The notes: generated by a model not told the origin, from the letters alone. A stretch of DNA of 64,000 bases from Deltaproteobacteria bacterium (GCA_026992735.1 JALWYO010000017.1:373-64372), one strand, 5' to 3'; counted from the stretch's first letter, positions 17,332 to 27,414 are shown. A program made the numbers and translations.

Positions 17332-19247
17332 ACTACTCTGCCTGTCTCCCTGGTGCTGTACCCGCCCAGGGCCTCTACGTCTCTCTTGAAGTCCGCATGG
17401 CAGATGCAGTCCAGGGCCATGCTGACCACCGGATGGTCCTGGCAGTCACGCGGCACCAACAGATCATACCTCTCTTCGCAGACAGGGATAAAATCCAGGC
17501 CCAGGGCCCTGGCAGCCGACAGGATACCCAGGCCGGCATGGGCCTTTCCGCTGAGAACGCTGACAGCCACTGCCATGTGTGTGTACTCTTCATTTTCATA
17601 GCCGGATATATCACCTGGATCAATGCCTGCCTTTTGAAGTTCATAGTCCAGAAGCACCCTGGTTCCAGATCCTGGCTGCCGGTTCACAAAGACAAGGTCT
17701 GACCTGGCCAGATCTTCTATTGACTTGATATTCACAGGGTTTCCTGGGGCAACCATCAAGCCCTGCTGGCGAAAAACAAGATTTACAAGGAACACTTCTC
17801 TGCCTGTCACAAACCTCTCTACATAAGATTCATTGTATGTACCGTCTTCCGGGTCCAGAAGATGGGTGCCTGCCATGTGCGCAAGGCCCTTTGATACTGC
17901 AACCAGGCCTCCAAGGCTGCCAACATGGCTTGATGCCATCTGGAACGATGGAGACTGACGTTTGAACCTATCTGCTATCAGATCCAGGGTGAGATCATGG
18001 CTGCCTATGCATATCAAGGTCTTTTCCAGGTCCTGCTCCGGACGCAACAGCTCCAGCTCCACGGACCTGCCCTCCTCGAAGCCTTCTGATTCCAAGGGGA
18101 TACGCAAGATGGCATTCGCCTTTGTAACAGTAGATATGGAACCTGCACCCTTCTTTACAGGGCTGGCCACAAGCCTGTCTCCTATCTTGCCGGCAATGAC
18201 CCTGCGAAATTCCTCCATGCCTGCACGGGACGGCATTGCAGTCGCGAGCCTCGCCCTGACCTTGCGGGGTGAAGGCTCAGGCCTTGCCTGCAGCCTGCAG
18301 AGCAATGGCACAACAAGCTGTTCAAAGGCGACTATGGCAGAAACAGGGTAGCCCGGTATGCCGATCACCGGCTTTTCTGAAACGACACCGAGGATAACCG
18401 GCTTCCCCGGCATCATGGTGACGCCGTGCACCAGTACGGTGCCCAGCTCTTCCACCACCCGCACGGTAAAATCCGCGCTGCCTGCAGAGGAACCTGCATT
18501 CACCACGATGCAATGGACATCGCTGTTTACTGCATCCACAACTGCCTGTCTTATCTTTTCGTAGTCATCAGGCACTATTCCACGTACCCGTGCAACTGCC
18601 CCGGCTGCCCTGGACATGGCGGCAAGAATGGCGGAATTGGATTCAGAGACGGTGCCCCGTGACAACTGTTCCAGGTTCATCCCTTCCATGTCCACCAGCT
18701 CTGAGCCGGTAGGAATGATCTCCACAAGAGGCCTTTTCCATACCATGATCCTGGGATTGCCGCTTGCCAGCAGTGCGCCAAGATCATAGGGGGCGAGAAG
18801 ATGATTGCTGGGAAACACCTGTTCCGTGGCTACTATGTCCTCCCCGATCTTTCTGACATTCTGCCATGGAAACACAGGGGCCCGCAAAATAATGGTGTCG
18901 CCATTCTCCTCCACTACATGCTCCACCATTACCACTGCGTTCATGGCATCTGGAAGCGGCATGCCTGTATTAACGGGGAGGGCATGTGTCCCTATCTCCA
19001 ATCTCAGGGGACGGTCATCCCTGGCACTGAAAGTCTCTTCGGCCTTCAGGGCATAGCCGTCCATGGCAGCTGCATGAACACCCGGAGACGAAAGCCTGGC
19101 AATGACAGGCCGGGAAGTCACCCTGCCTGCCGCAGCCCTGCTTGCGATCTCTTCTTCTCCCAGCAGGTCTCCGGCCGGAAACAGGGAAAGAAGCGCTTTC
19201 CTTGCCTCGGGCAGGGTCTTCATTTTCAGATATACTTTTCTTTTCAT
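17319..19247 (-). CDS. moeA: Molybdopterin molybdenum/tungsten-transferase MoeA fused to a C-terminal PBP-like (oxyanion-binding-type) domain
   Basis: 642 aa. The N-terminal ~400 aa are MoeA-like (...HAAAMDGYALKAEETF..., ...NAGSSAGSADFT...). The C-terminal ~230 aa resemble periplasmic-binding-protein-like domains (VNRQPGSGTRVLLDYEL...). ATGA overlap with the upstream moeA. Confidence 0.85.
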   Translation of the reverse strand: MKRKVYLKMKTLPEARKALLSLFPAGDLLGEEEIASRAAAGRVTSRPVIARLSSPGVHAAAMDGYALKAEETFSARDDRPLRLEIGTHALPVNTGMPLPDAMNAVVMVEHVVEENGDTIILRAPVFPWQNVRKIGEDIVATEQVFPSNHLLAPYDLGALLASGNPRIMVWKRPLVEIIPTGSELVDMEGMNLEQLSRGTVSESNSAILAAMSRAAGAVARVRGIVPDDYEKIRQAVVDAVNSDVHCIVVNAGSSAGSADFTVRVVEELGTVLVHGVTMMPGKPVILGVVSEKPVIGIPGYPVSAIVAFEQLVVPLLCRLQARPEPSPRKVRARLATAMPSRAGMEEFRRVIAGKIGDRLVASPVKKGAGSISTVTKANAILRIPLESEGFEEGRSVELELLRPEQDLEKTLICIGSHDLTLDLIADRFKRQSPSFQMASSHVGSLGGLVAVSKGLAHMAGTHLLDPEDGTYNESYVERFVTGREVFLVNLVFRQQGLMVAPGNPVNIKSIEDLARSDLVFVNRQPGSGTRVLLDYELQKAGIDPGDISGYENEEYTHMAVAVSVLSGKAHAGLGILSAARALGLDFIPVCEERYDLLVPRDCQDHPVVSMALDCICHADFKRDVEALGGYSTRETGRVVWQG

Positions 19248-20503
19248 TGGAAGATGATAACCTCGGCATATTCTCCCCGATGCAACCCCTCGGAATCCCT
19301 GGGGATTACCAGAAGACCGTCTGATTTTACCAAGGTGGAAATCAGGCCGGACTTACCATGCACCGGCCTGGCCGCAGGACATGTAATGCCACTGCCACCT
19401 GTTTCAAAAGCAGAACGATCCAGGGCTACACGGACATAGTCCTCCCTGCCTGTTGCAGATGGGAATGGCTCAGCACATTGGGCCATAATACGCAGCGAGC
19501 CTTTTTCAGGGTCTGTGCCCTGAAGCACTGACAGCAGATAGCGCACAAAGACCTGGTAAACCACCATGGCTGATGCCACGTGACCGGGCAGGCCAAACAG
19601 TGCCCTGTTGCCAGTACGTGCCAACAGCGTGGGCTTCCCCGGCCTTACGGCAACACCATGGGCAAGCACCCGGCACCCGGCAATGGACTCGAAAACCCTG
19701 AGAGTAAAGTCTCTGTTTCCAACCGAGCTGCCTCCTGATACCAGGACAACATCGGCACCTTTATCCAGGGCCTGAGCACAGGCATTGAGCATGTGATCAA
19801 GGGAATCATCCACGATGCCCATTCTGACTACCCCGCAGCGATCCTCCTGCGCCAGGGCAGACAATGTGGTTGAATTTATGTCCCTTATCTTGCCGGGAGA
19901 AGGGGATTGTTCTATGGGAACCAGTTCATCTCCCGTGCTTATAATGGCCACCAGGGGACGCTTTCTAACCCGGACTTCCGTGATACCCAGGCCTGCCAGC
20001 ACCCCAAGCTCCTGGGGCCGCAACCTGCTCCCGGCCCTGACAACCAGGGCGTCTGCCTGGCAGTCCTGGCCTTTTTCTATGACATTCTCACCAGGGGCCA
20101 CGGCCCTGAAGGTCTCTATCACGCCGGGGGCAATCTCGCGCACGTATTCCAGCATCACCACTGCGTCTGCGCCAGGGGGCAGCATGCCTCCAGTCCATAT
20201 CCTGGCGGCCTGGCCAGGCCCTATGGCAAGGCCTTCTGGCACGGTGCCCATGCGGATATCCCCGATTACTGAAAGCAGGGATGGCTCCGATTCACTGGCA
20301 CCGAAACAGTCCCTGGCCCTGACGGCAAAACCGTCCATGGTGGAACGGGAAAAAGGCGGCAGATCTTCTGGAGCATGAATGTCTTCGGCAGCTACCCGAC
20401 AAAGGGCAGAATCCAGGGAGACATCTTCGGTACCCACAGGCTGAAAATCAAGAAGAAGTTCCTTGAACTGTCTGGAGGACAAGAGGTGAAAGAAACCCTT
20501 CAC
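19244..20503 (-). CDS. moeA: Molybdopterin molybdenumtransferase MoeA
   Basis: 419 aa. FSRSTMDGFAVRARD, ISTGDELV, SGGSSVGNRDFT. GTG start overlaps the upstream stop (GTGA). Confidence 0.9.
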   Translation of the reverse strand: MKGFFHLLSSRQFKELLLDFQPVGTEDVSLDSALCRVAAEDIHAPEDLPPFSRSTMDGFAVRARDCFGASESEPSLLSVIGDIRMGTVPEGLAIGPGQAARIWTGGMLPPGADAVVMLEYVREIAPGVIETFRAVAPGENVIEKGQDCQADALVVRAGSRLRPQELGVLAGLGITEVRVRKRPLVAIISTGDELVPIEQSPSPGKIRDINSTTLSALAQEDRCGVVRMGIVDDSLDHMLNACAQALDKGADVVLVSGGSSVGNRDFTLRVFESIAGCRVLAHGVAVRPGKPTLLARTGNRALFGLPGHVASAMVVYQVFVRYLLSVLQGTDPEKGSLRIMAQCAEPFPSATGREDYVRVALDRSAFETGGSGITCPAARPVHGKSGLISTLVKSDGLLVIPRDSEGLHRGEYAEVIIFQ

Positions 20504-22398
20504 GCGTTATCTCCAGTAAGCCTTGACAGTTTGCCGGAGCCTTTCCACCCTGCCTCCCTGACCATGTGAACCAGGCCAACAGGGACCTCCCACTTGTTCA
20601 GCGGGCTGATGATATAGAGACCGTCCACAAAAGACGCAACTCTCTCTATCAGTTCCCTGGTAATCTCAATACCGGCCTTCCTCTGGTCCTCCACCTTATC
20701 GTATCTGTGCAGCCTCTCCCTGATGGCAGCCGGGATGCTGATGCCAGGCAGCTCATGGTGCAGGAAATCTGCATTGCGAGCTGAAATAAGTGGAAAAAGC
20801 CCGGGCAGTATAAGAAGGTCCAGATGGGAGGTCAGCTCCATCATGGACTCGATAGCCCTTGCATCAAATACAGGCTGTGTCATGACAAAATGCGCGCCAA
20901 GGGAAGCCTTTTTTTCAAGCCTGCGCAACTGGAGCCCGGGATTCCTGGGCTTGAAACTGAAGGCGACTCCAATGGAAAAATCAGTGGCAGCCTTCATATC
21001 GCGGCCTGCCATGTTCACACCCCGGTTAAACCCGGATATCATCCTGACCAACCCGTATGAATTGATATCGAATACGCCGCCTGCCCCTGGCTGGTCACTG
21101 GAAGATGCAGGATCTCCGGTTATTGCAAGTATGCCTCTGATCCCGAGAAAATGGGCTCCCATAACCTGTGCCTGCAGCCCCAGGACGTTCCTGTCCCTGC
21201 ATGTAAGATGGAGCACTGTTTCAATGCCGAAACGCTCCTTGATAATGTGGGCCAGGGACAGATTGTCCGCCCTGAGCACTGCCAGGGGATTCTCGGCCAG
21301 AGTGATACAGCTTGCCCCTGCGCCTGCCAGTGTTTCTGCACCCTGGAGCACGTTCCCGATATCCAGATGAGGCGGTGGGTCCAGCTCCACGAACAATGGC
21401 AGCCTGTCCCTGGGCATGGAAGCCAGCAGGCCTCCCGGGCCTGCCGCAGCCCTGGGCGCAACAGCCTCCCTGCCGACCGAGGCACGTGGGCTGACCGGCC
21501 GTACTGATGAACGCTTCAGGTGCAGGCGCTTCTGGAATTCCTTTATATGAGCAGGCGTGGTTCCGCAACAGCCACCAACAAGCCGTACGCCTGCCTTTAC
21601 CATTTCTTCAACCTTCTCAGCCATATAGGAAGGCGGGGTTGAATATACCATGCGGCAGTCTATGACTTCAGGAATGCCTGCATTGGGAAAAGCGGAAATA
21701 GGCATCCGGCCGCGAATCTCTGAAAGCCGCTCAACCGCCTGCAGCATGGCCTTTACTCCTCTGCCACAGTTGCTGCCGAACACATCACAACCCTTTTCGC
21801 GGGCTGCCAGGGCACAGTCCACGGCATCAAGCCCGAGAGGGGTCTTGCCGTGCGCAGGAAAGAGCATCTGGGCAACTATGGGCACAGACTGGTCCAGCCC
21901 GCGTGCAGCCTCGATGGCCAGCAGAAGTTCGTCCAGATATGTAAAGGTCTCCAGGATAAAGAAATCCGCACCGCCTTCCAGAAGAGCGGACATCTGCTGC
22001 CTGAAGGCATCCTTCAGCAGACCGGGAGAGTATTCATCCGTATCCAGGGGGAAATCCACGCCAGACGGCCCAACAGACCCGGCCACGAAAATTTCCCTGC
22101 CTGCAGCCTTGGAGGCCAGGCGCGCCCCTTCGAAATTTATCTGATCTACGGAGATGTTCGATCCCAGTTCAGAAAGCCTGAACCTGCCGGCGCCAAAGGT
22201 GTTGGTCTCAATAACCTGGCTTCCCGCTCTTATATATTCCTCGTGCACAGAGTACACAAGATCGGGATCAGTGATATTCAGGAGGTCTGTCTTAGTACCG
22301 AAATCCACGCCTTTTTCATAAAAAAAGGTGCCCAGGGCACCGTCAGCCAAGACTACCTTTTCGTTAATAAGTTCCAGGAATCCCGATTTCATCATCAA
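20500..22398 (-). CDS. metF: Bifunctional homocysteine S-methyltransferase-domain / 5,10-methylenetetrahydrofolate reductase fusion
   Basis: 632 aa. The N-terminal Hcy-binding domain has LADGALGT and GGCCGTTPAHI. The C-terminal ~290 aa are MTHFR-like (FVELDPP..., ITGDP...). Confidence 0.85.
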   Translation of the reverse strand: MMMKSGFLELINEKVVLADGALGTFFYEKGVDFGTKTDLLNITDPDLVYSVHEEYIRAGSQVIETNTFGAGRFRLSELGSNISVDQINFEGARLASKAAGREIFVAGSVGPSGVDFPLDTDEYSPGLLKDAFRQQMSALLEGGADFFILETFTYLDELLLAIEAARGLDQSVPIVAQMLFPAHGKTPLGLDAVDCALAAREKGCDVFGSNCGRGVKAMLQAVERLSEIRGRMPISAFPNAGIPEVIDCRMVYSTPPSYMAEKVEEMVKAGVRLVGGCCGTTPAHIKEFQKRLHLKRSSVRPVSPRASVGREAVAPRAAAGPGGLLASMPRDRLPLFVELDPPPHLDIGNVLQGAETLAGAGASCITLAENPLAVLRADNLSLAHIIKERFGIETVLHLTCRDRNVLGLQAQVMGAHFLGIRGILAITGDPASSSDQPGAGGVFDINSYGLVRMISGFNRGVNMAGRDMKAATDFSIGVAFSFKPRNPGLQLRRLEKKASLGAHFVMTQPVFDARAIESMMELTSHLDLLILPGLFPLISARNADFLHHELPGISIPAAIRERLHRYDKVEDQRKAGIEITRELIERVASFVDGLYIISPLNKWEVPVGLVHMVREAGWKGSGKLSRLTGDNA

Positions 22399-22575
22399 AT
22401 AACCGATCTGAGATATGGCCCCGATAAGCGATCGGGACCATTACCTGATAAAAGATAAAAGACAACATCCATCAAAAAAACCACCCACTACGTCAATATC
22501 TCTCCCTGGCAGATTAGCAGGGCCTGGCTGCAAAATCCAGCTCAGGAGAACGCCTGCAATATCTTCCGGCATTCC

Positions 22576-23370
22576 CTACTGAGGAACCGCGACAGGGCAA
22601 ACAAAAGGTTCCAGGGATAGACTGCTGCTCACGCCGTCTATGACAAACTCGATATCAACAGGCGAGCCATGGCCCTGGCTGAAATCCACACTCACGGTAC
22701 CGGCCTTCCAGCTCCTGACAAGAGATCCATCCCAGGGATCTCCAGGCGGCGGCCCGGTAAATGCCATCACATCAAAAACAGTGGCTGAAGGGTCTCCGAT
22801 TGCTGTATACCATGTACAGTTGCCAACTGAATCGTAAACATACCAGACTATTCCAAGCTGATCCTGACCATAGAGATTGGTAAAATGAAAGCTGGACACA
22901 CCCTGCCCCTGCTTGTGAATATCCCACCAGAGCGTGGAGGCAAACTCACCGGAAGAAAACTTTACAAGAGACATGGTGCCTGCAATCCCGTCTATGGTGT
23001 AACTCATGTTCAATTGAGCAGAATCGCTAAAATCAATGCTCACTTCCCCGACCCTTTGACTGTAAATCTTTGTGTGATCCCAGGCATCTCCCATGGAAGG
23101 GCCGGTAAACCTGTAAAGCCCCGTGCTGAGCAGGTTGCCATTAAAAGAACCCATAAAGGTTACCCACTGGGGATTGCCCCTTTTATCATACAGATACCAG
23201 GAACCGCACACTGCACCTGTATCGGCATTTACAGCCAGGTAAATCCCCATGCCGGGCTTGCCCGGGTCCCACCACATGCCATTCATGTCTGCCACAGACG
23301 CAGCGGATATGCCTGCATTGAGCAGGAGCATCAGCAAGACAACCATTGTACTGAAAAATACGCATCTCAT
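22576..23370 (-). CDS. Secreted protein with two copies of an unassigned Trp-rich domain (WW..[PG].G.G)
   Basis: 264 aa with a signal peptide. Repeats are MNGMWWDPGKPGMGIYL...GSWYLYDKRGNPQWVTFMG...FTGPSMGDAWD and STLWWDIHKQGQGVS...IVWYVYDSVGNCTWYTAIG...FTGPPPGDPWDG. Confidence 0.75.
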   Translation of the reverse strand: MRCVFFSTMVVLLMLLLNAGISAASVADMNGMWWDPGKPGMGIYLAVNADTGAVCGSWYLYDKRGNPQWVTFMGSFNGNLLSTGLYRFTGPSMGDAWDHTKIYSQRVGEVSIDFSDSAQLNMSYTIDGIAGTMSLVKFSSGEFASTLWWDIHKQGQGVSSFHFTNLYGQDQLGIVWYVYDSVGNCTWYTAIGDPSATVFDVMAFTGPPPGDPWDGSLVRSWKAGTVSVDFSQGHGSPVDIEFVIDGVSSSLSLEPFVCPVAVPQ

Positions 23371-23425
23371 GATAGCACCTCGTTAGCTGCAAACTCTCTA
23401 TTAGTCTCTTCAGATTATAATTCTA

Positions 23426-23459
23426 AAACAAAAACGGGGCATTTGCAGCCCCGTTTTTG
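23426..23459 (-). terminator. Rho-independent terminator after the 23490-25829 gene
   Basis: AAAAACGGGGC-ATTTGCA-GCCCCGTTTTT. A 7-bp GC stem with A/T runs on both sides, so it could act in both directions. Confidence 0.85.
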
Positions 23460-23489
23460 AAGTCAATATCCATATTTATATAAAAAGCC

Positions 23490-25829
23490 TCAGAAACTGA
23501 ACCTCTCCAGGTGCACGGTTGTACCACCAACAGTCAGAACCGCGTGATCGGCATCCGTGAAGTTTATGGTCATATCACCGCCTTCACCAGGAAGCATAAC
23601 AGGGGCCTGGTAACTGCCGCCAGGAGCCTGGCCACCCTGCCAGCCATCGAGAGAACCGGCATAGCTGGTGCTACCATCGGCAAACGGGCCATTGGATGTC
23701 CACCACCTGGGGCTGTTATCAGCCCGGTAATTATACCATACCATGGCCATCTTGCCTCCGCGGGCATCAAGGAAAAATCCCATGCCGTCGTAATCCGAAT
23801 CCCACCACCATCCGGTCAGGTCCCTGGAATCCTTGTCGCCGGGAGCAAAATCTTTCATGAAACTGGTCATTGTGCCGCTGGCAGTTTTCCCGTTTACGCT
23901 TGCATTGAAGATAATGCTGTCATTGACAGCCTTGTTGAATATCAGGGTCATGGTGCCCACAACGCTACCTGTGGGGTGAACATAGGGCTCTCCCCATGGC
24001 CACCCGGTCCACTGCATCAAATTGCCAGTATAGGTGGTATCATTAGTCATTGGGCCACCTGATGCGTACCAGCAAGTGCGACCTGCTTCATCATACACAA
24101 ACCAGGCCACGAATATGTTGCTGCCCTTTATCTGGATGGCAAGCCCGGTACCTGGCTCAGCGGAATTATACCACCATCCGGTAAAACGCCTGGCAGTATC
24201 AGCCATGGGATCGTCTTCGGGCTGGGTTTCAAAACTGTTGTCATTCCCCCTGGTAAGCCCTCCGGAATTCTCGGCCACCAGCCTGAAGTAATAGGTGGTC
24301 TCCGGGTCAAGACCGTTGACATCCATGCTGACGGGAATCCCGGAAGAACCGTTTCCCGCGTTTACCCAGGGTGTATGAGATGTATAATTGGCGCTGTCCG
24401 TGCCGTAATCAAAATGGTACCGGGTATCTGCGCCTGAGGGGTTAACGGTTCCCCTGAGCTTTGCACTGTTTGCAGTTACATCATCTGCATTGCCTGTTAC
24501 CACAGAAGGAGCAATTATATTCACCTGCTCCGTGGTAAAGGTATTGTCCTGGCCGGTGGATGTGCCTGCCGGGCTGACAGCAACAAGCCTGTAGTGGTAG
24601 GTGGTTCCAGGATCAAGGTTGGTCAATCCCTCGCTTACATCCACAGAGGATGTCCCGGAGCCTGCGCTCTTGTCCGGCGTTACCCTGTTATAGGAAGTGG
24701 AAGTTCCCCAGTCAAAATGGTAGGTTGCAACCTGGCCGTTGGGATTTACCTTGCCGTTTATAGTGGCGGCATTCTGGGTTATGTTGTCGGCGGCAAGGGT
24801 TGAGACAGTGGGAGCCTTGGGCACATCCACTTCAGCATACTGGATTTCCCAATCATGGCCATCGTAATGCTGCCATATAATGGCACCATTATACAGCCTG
24901 GGATTCTTGTCATCCTGATCGTTGTTGGTGACCCTGATGATAGAGCTCCCGTTCCAGTAAAATATCTCCCAGCTCTTGGGCATCTTTCTCGCCCAGGCGA
25001 TCTTGCCATTGTAGAGGCTTGGAGATAAATCAGGGGTGCCATCCGTATCGTTGGTCAACTGGGTTATGGTGGTGCCGTCCCAGTAATATATCTCGTAATC
25101 ATCGCCATCAGAGCCCTGCCAGGCAATGGCTCCATCGTACAGGGAAGGATAACCATCAAGATTGTCATTGTTTGTTATCTTGTATATGTGATTCCCATCA
25201 TAGTAATATATATCGAAATCTCCATCCTCGTTCCCATGCCAGGCCACCGTATTGTCATACAGAGAGGGCCAGAAATCAAACGCTGAATTGTTGGTAAGAT
25301 TGGTTTCTGAAAAACCCTTTCTGACAATTATATCAAAACCGCCACTGCCAGCTAACTGGCTGTAGGCAATGGTATCGTCATAAAGTGACAATCCAATGGT
25401 ATTTTTCGCCACAAGTGATAAACCTTTTCCTTCTTTCCAGTAATAAGCAGTACCGAATCCAAAGGCCACTGCATTTCCGTAAGAGGATATAACACCCGAA
25501 GGGTTGCCTGTCGTCACCTTGGCGGCTGAAGAACCCGGCTTACTGGTATCCCACATGTATATTTCATCATTGGAGCCCTCGTGGTACCAGAAGGCATAGC
25601 CGTTATTAAGGGACGGATTAGTATCATCCACGTCGTTATCCGTGACATTCTGCACGATAATCGCCCCCTCCACCCAGGGATAGGGGTTTATCACTACCGG
25701 CTGAATACCGGGATCTATAATCACTGGCGGCGCCGCTGACACATTGACAACGCCACCTAACATCACTACCTGCACAAGACAGAAAACCAGGAACCATAAA
25801 CATTCCCGAAACATCCTTGCTGTTCTCAT
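23490..25829 (-). CDS. Large secreted multidomain protein: ~43-aa propeller-type repeats + two FN3/Ig-like domains + two Trp-rich domains
   Basis: 779 aa with a signal peptide. Repeats follow the pattern D..PSLYDG.IAWQG.DGDD.EIYYWDG...ITN. Two modules match ...ATINGKVNPNGQVATYHFDWGTSTSY...LDPGTTYHYRLVA. The C-terminal FTGWWYNSAEPGTGLAIQ... and LTGWWWDSDYDGMGFFLD... are homologous to the 22576-23370 product. Confidence 0.8.
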   Translation of the reverse strand: MRTARMFRECLWFLVFCLVQVVMLGGVVNVSAAPPVIIDPGIQPVVINPYPWVEGAIIVQNVTDNDVDDTNPSLNNGYAFWYHEGSNDEIYMWDTSKPGSSAAKVTTGNPSGVISSYGNAVAFGFGTAYYWKEGKGLSLVAKNTIGLSLYDDTIAYSQLAGSGGFDIIVRKGFSETNLTNNSAFDFWPSLYDNTVAWHGNEDGDFDIYYYDGNHIYKITNNDNLDGYPSLYDGAIAWQGSDGDDYEIYYWDGTTITQLTNDTDGTPDLSPSLYNGKIAWARKMPKSWEIFYWNGSSIIRVTNNDQDDKNPRLYNGAIIWQHYDGHDWEIQYAEVDVPKAPTVSTLAADNITQNAATINGKVNPNGQVATYHFDWGTSTSYNRVTPDKSAGSGTSSVDVSEGLTNLDPGTTYHYRLVAVSPAGTSTGQDNTFTTEQVNIIAPSVVTGNADDVTANSAKLRGTVNPSGADTRYHFDYGTDSANYTSHTPWVNAGNGSSGIPVSMDVNGLDPETTYYFRLVAENSGGLTRGNDNSFETQPEDDPMADTARRFTGWWYNSAEPGTGLAIQIKGSNIFVAWFVYDEAGRTCWYASGGPMTNDTTYTGNLMQWTGWPWGEPYVHPTGSVVGTMTLIFNKAVNDSIIFNASVNGKTASGTMTSFMKDFAPGDKDSRDLTGWWWDSDYDGMGFFLDARGGKMAMVWYNYRADNSPRWWTSNGPFADGSTSYAGSLDGWQGGQAPGGSYQAPVMLPGEGGDMTINFTDADHAVLTVGGTTVHLERFSF

Positions 25830-26017
25830 TGAGAACCCCTCCTTTTATTGTTTTTTTATTGTTTTTCCAAGCATATCACGAGTCTTATTTTAAATCAAAT
25901 TATTCACAAATCACAAGTCTAACCCTACTCTGCAGCAGTGACAAAAAAATCAAATTGTTCCGATTGGTTTATAGTAGTAGTCTGAACATAACCGATCCCG
26001 GAGCAGCAGCGCTGCCC

Positions 26018-26052
26018 ATTACTCTCAATAGTCAGCAATAACAGCAATTCTC
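26018..26052 (+). repeat. Possible degenerate copy (D) of the dispersed module
   Basis: ATTACTCTCAATAGTCAGCAATAACAGCAATTCTC compared with GTAACTTCTCAATAAGTCCGTGCAAATTCTC. The match is weak. Confidence 0.3.
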
Positions 26053-26075
26053 AGAAACTGGAGGAAGAACATACA

Positions 26076-27362
26076 ATGTCGGTAAGCTCGGTAGCAGTCG
26101 TCGGACTTGGATACGTTGGCCTGCCCCTGGCCGTGGCATTCGGGGAAAAGATGCCCTGTGTCGGCTTTGATATTTCTGGTGAAAAGATTGAGAATTTCAA
26201 GAAAGGCATTGATCCCACAGGAGAGGTGACGCCGGAGGAATTTTCCAGGGCAAAACACGTCAATTTTACAACAGATCCCCAGGAACTGGGACGTGCGAAC
26301 ATGATCATCGTGGCAGTGCCTACACCGATAAACAACAGCCACCTGCCGGATCTCAAGCACGTGGAATCCGCCAGCGAAATCGTTGGGCATTCTCTTGCTC
26401 CAGGCACCATCGTGGTTTACGAATCCACGGTTTATCCAGGTGTAACTGAAGATGTCTGCGTCCCCATTCTCGAACATGCCTCCGGGCTGAAATGCGGGCG
26501 CGATTTCAGGATCGGCTACTCTCCTGAGAGGATCAATCCAGGTGACAGGGAACATACGCTCAAGAAGATCGTGAAAGTAGTGGCAGCCCAGGACGAGCTG
26601 ACCCTGGAAGAGATCGCATCCACCTATGAAAAAGTCGTGGATGCAGGCACATACAGGGTAAAAAACATAAAGGTGGCTGAGGCTGCCAAGGTAATTGAAA
26701 ACACCCAGAGGGACCTGAACATAGCCCTGATGAACGAGCTTGCCATAATCTTTAATCGCCTGGGGATAGACACCAAGGCCGTTCTGGAGGCAGCCGGAAC
26801 CAAGTGGAACTTTCTCCCTTTCCGTCCGGGCCTGGTTGGGGGGCACTGCATCGGAGTCGATCCCTACTACCTGACATACTGCGCCCAACAGACAGGCTAC
26901 AGGCCCGAGGTCATCCTGGCAGGCCGGAGGATCAACGATTCCATGGGCGCATACATTGCCCAGAGGACCGTCAAGGAGATGATCCATGCCGGCATCAGGG
27001 TGCAGGGCGCAAGGGTCCTGATTTTAGGGCTCACCTTCAAGGAGAACTGCCCTGACATCAGAAATACCAGGGTGATAGACATCATCCACGAACTCAGGGA
27101 ATACGGGATAGACCCCCTGGTACACGATCCGGTGGCAGAGCCTGCTGAGGCACAGTCAGTTTACGGCATCAAGCTGCTATCGGAAGTTCCATCAAATTCA
27201 GATGCAGTGGTTTTGGCCGTGGCCCATGATGATTATATTGAAAAGGGACCTGAAATTGTGAAAAACATGCTTACCCCTGACAAGGGGGTGATCATTGACG
27301 TAAAAAGCATGTTCGCCAGGGAAGATTTCCCTGAACAGAATATCAGGTACTGGAGACTTTAA
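26076..27362 (+). CDS. Nucleotide-sugar 6-dehydrogenase (UDP-GlcNAc/GalNAc dehydrogenase-like, WbpA/WbpO/TviB family)
   Basis: 428 aa. NAD fold [18 protein letters not shown] and catalytic-Cys motif [14 protein letters not shown]. Confidence 0.85.
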   Translation: MSVSSVAVVGLGYVGLPLAVAFGEKMPCVGFDISGEKIENFKKGIDPTGEVTPEEFSRAKHVNFTTDPQELGRANMIIVAVPTPINNSHLPDLKHVESASEIVGHSLAPGTIVVYESTVYPGVTEDVCVPILEHASGLKCGRDFRIGYSPERINPGDREHTLKKIVKVVAAQDELTLEEIASTYEKVVDAGTYRVKNIKVAEAAKVIENTQRDLNIALMNELAIIFNRLGIDTKAVLEAAGTKWNFLPFRPGLVGGHCIGVDPYYLTYCAQQTGYRPEVILAGRRINDSMGAYIAQRTVKEMIHAGIRVQGARVLILGLTFKENCPDIRNTRVIDIIHELREYGIDPLVHDPVAEPAEAQSVYGIKLLSEVPSNSDAVVLAVAHDDYIEKGPEIVKNMLTPDKGVIIDVKSMFAREDFPEQNIRYWRL

Positions 27363-27414
27363 AACCGGAATCAACCCAAGGTTGAACAAAATTCCGCGAT
27401 TCAGGAGGCAAGTC

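Noticed and set aside
26025-26987. 320-aa minus-strand ORF
   Set aside because: It is fully antisense to the well-supported nucleotide-sugar dehydrogenase gene (26076-27362). It has no recognisable motifs and a low-complexity composition typical of a shadow ORF.
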